Source: Vairimorpha necatrix (Eukaryota). From it: a stretch of DNA of 64,000 nucleotides. This document shows, piece by piece, positions 62,119 to 64,000 of the stretch. Location of the stretch: the NCBI GenBank assembly GCA_036630325.1, contig CP142727.1:372001-436000 (forward strand), read 5' to 3'. Position numbers and translations under genes: made by a program. A model generated the notes under the pieces. That model ran no database searches. It saw nothing but the letters and a program-made list of their open reading frames with translations, and was not told the origin of the DNA. Within the stretch, counting starts at the first letter, position 1. Every line of letters begins with the position of its first letter.

Positions 62119-63351
62119 TCAACAATTGTTTGTATTTGATAAAAAATATACAATTTCTTCAATTAATCGAACTCCTAAACTTTCATTAATAAATTGCAAA
62201 ATGTCCTTTTTTTCAAGAAATGTTATGATATTCTTTATTACAACAAAGTATTTTTCTTTAATAATTTCATTATCTTGAAATTCAGATGTAAATGCTTGAG
62301 CTAAAACTATATGGAATTCTTTTTTTGCACACCTTTTTACGTTTTCTTTTATATTTAATTTTAGTTCTTGACAAAATCTAGATTTTTCTCTAATTTTATA
62401 CTCATTTATTGTGTCTTTTTTGATTAGACTATTTGTTAAATGAGTCTGAAAAATATCTTCAATAATATTAATTCCCGCATATAATTGTTTTTCTTCAAAG
62501 TCGATTCTTACATCATCATAAAATATATTTTTTATTTCTTTATTAGAAACTTCTGCTAACAATTTGGATATTTTGTCTTTCAGCGTCGTTTTTAGTAATA
62601 TATTTATTATAGTTTCTGTCTCAATTTCTTTTCTTATTCTCTCTCTCTCATAGATCTCATCTTCAAAAATATTTTTTAATAACATGTTTTTAAGAATTTC
62701 ATTGTTCCTTATAACTTCAGCACTATTAACCTCGATAGATTCGATAACGATTGATCTATCAACATTATCATTTTTAATATAGTATATACAAGTTACATTC
62801 TCTATTTTCGAAAATAATGAAGTTACTTTACAAAAAAATTCTAAAACATCTTCTTTAAGAATCAAAAGTTCATCAATTTTTATATTTAATATAGCTTGAA
62901 TAAGGCTTTCTGAGTTTATACCTTTACTATTAGATATTAATGTATATGATTCGTCGCCTTTCAGAGAAATAATATGCATTCCAAGCGTTTTTAAAAATTT
63001 AAATATTTTATCTTCTAACAAATGATTTTCATTTAAATACGTTTCTGCTTCTATTAGTATACAAATTTCGACTAAGTATATGATTGGACAATTAAAATAA
63101 ATTATTGTCATCTCTAAATAAAATGTTATGTAGTCAATTAAAGTTTTCATGTCATTCACGTTTAGTGTTTCTGTTCCTATTATTTTATTCAAATTTCTTT
63201 CGTTTATTACATCAGCAAAAAAAAGCAGATGTGCAAATATCAAATTCATAGCCGATCCTGTGTTATAAAGTATTCTATTTACGATAAATCTTATCTTTTT
63301 GTGGTTCTTTAATAATCCAAAAAAGAATTCTATACCTTTTTCCTTGTCCAT
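62119..63351 (-). CDS. Hypothetical protein (410 aa), possibly the 3' part of a frameshifted longer gene
   Basis: Long ORF overlapping the upstream ORF by 22 nt, with no CCC motif before its ATG. Confidence 0.6.
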   Translation of the reverse strand: MDKEKGIEFFFGLLKNHKKIRFIVNRILYNTGSAMNLIFAHLLFFADVINERNLNKIIGTETLNVNDMKTLIDYITFYLEMTIIYFNCPIIYLVEICILIEAETYLNENHLLEDKIFKFLKTLGMHIISLKGDESYTLISNSKGINSESLIQAILNIKIDELLILKEDVLEFFCKVTSLFSKIENVTCIYYIKNDNVDRSIVIESIEVNSAEVIRNNEILKNMLLKNIFEDEIYERERIRKEIETETIINILLKTTLKDKISKLLAEVSNKEIKNIFYDDVRIDFEEKQLYAGINIIEDIFQTHLTNSLIKKDTINEYKIREKSRFCQELKLNIKENVKRCAKKEFHIVLAQAFTSEFQDNEIIKEKYFVVIKNIITFLEKKDILQFINESLGVRLIEEIVYFLSNTNNC

Positions 63352-64000
63352 GTTTTCAATAAAGAAATATTTTCCAGGATTTTTCGAAATTCATCAAAGC
63401 ATTCTTTGTTTATTATTTTTTTTTCGTCGTTGCAATTTTTATCTTTTCTTATTATATATTTGTATTCTTTATTATTCTCTTTAAAAATTATATATTCGTA
63501 TCGAATCTCAATTTTACAAGCAAAAGTTTTCATTACAATCTTTGTAGACTCGCAAATTATAACGTTTTCAGGAAGTGGCTTTTTTACTTTTTCATATTCG
63601 AAACCCATACTTAAGACAATTAAAGAATTGAGCAGTACTTCTTCTAAATTTTCTTTATTAATGAAATTTATTTTAATTAAAGGGTAAAATTCTTCTGCGT
63701 TTAACTCGAAGAAGAAACAGTAATTGTGAACATCAATTCTAAATCTAATAATTCTTTTATTATCATATTCTCGCAATACGCAATCAATAGTAGAAGCAGG
63801 AAATATGAACTCAGAATCTATGTCATAGAAAGGCGGTTTAATATAATTTATCATCTGGTTTATATGGCTAGCCTTTTCACTTATACTGCTGAAATAAATT
63901 TCCCAGGCTTTCTTGGCCTTTCTTCGTTGTTCATTTATCTTTGTTATATTTTCGATTACCGATTTAAAAAATTCGTAAAATTTTAGATCTAACGAGTCGT
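63330..64000 (-). CDS. Hypothetical protein, partial (frame open to the window end)
   Basis: The frame of ORF 63330-63854 stays open upstream of 63854 to the window edge (DSLDLKFYEFF...EKASHINQ). Confidence 0.6.
   Translation of the reverse strand, partial: DSLDLKFYEFFKSVIENITKINEQRRKAKKAWEIYFSSISEKASHINQMINYIKPPFYDIDSEFIFPASTIDCVLREYDNKRIIRFRIDVHNYCFFFELNAEEFYPLIKINFINKENLEEVLLNSLIVLSMGFEYEKVKKPLPENVIICESTKIVMKTFACKIEIRYEYIIFKENNKEYKYIIRKDKNCNDEKKIINKECFDEFRKILENISLLKTWTRKKV

Overview
AT-rich, gene-sparse eukaryotic DNA that looks microsporidian (Nosema/Vairimorpha-like, an inference). The genes are intronless, proteins such as uL18/RPL5 are divergent, and a CCC motif sits just upstream of almost every ATG. 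Conserved genes are few: the 3' end of a P4-ATPase flippase, a Ki-67-like FHA protein, RPL5, and a probable Rrn7/TAF1B. The rest is an accessory landscape with six intact copies and one decayed copy of a ~300-aa secreted-protein family, two copies of a ~160-aa secreted family, and layered mobile DNA. The mobile DNA comprises RLE-type non-LTR retrotransposon fragments, Merlin/IS1595 transposons (one intact), a compact Ty3/Gypsy element with very short LTRs, a young gag-only LTR element, and tandem non-autonomous Helitrons. Two non-coding signals missed by the ORF track stand out. One is a ~168-nt RNase P-like RNA (3156-3323) with an intact P4 helix but apparently no P2/P3. The other is a family of ~750-780-bp tRNA-headed, structured SINE-like elements, present in three copies, one with a target-site duplication and an A-tail. 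All calls come from reading the sequence by eye; no searches or folding were run.
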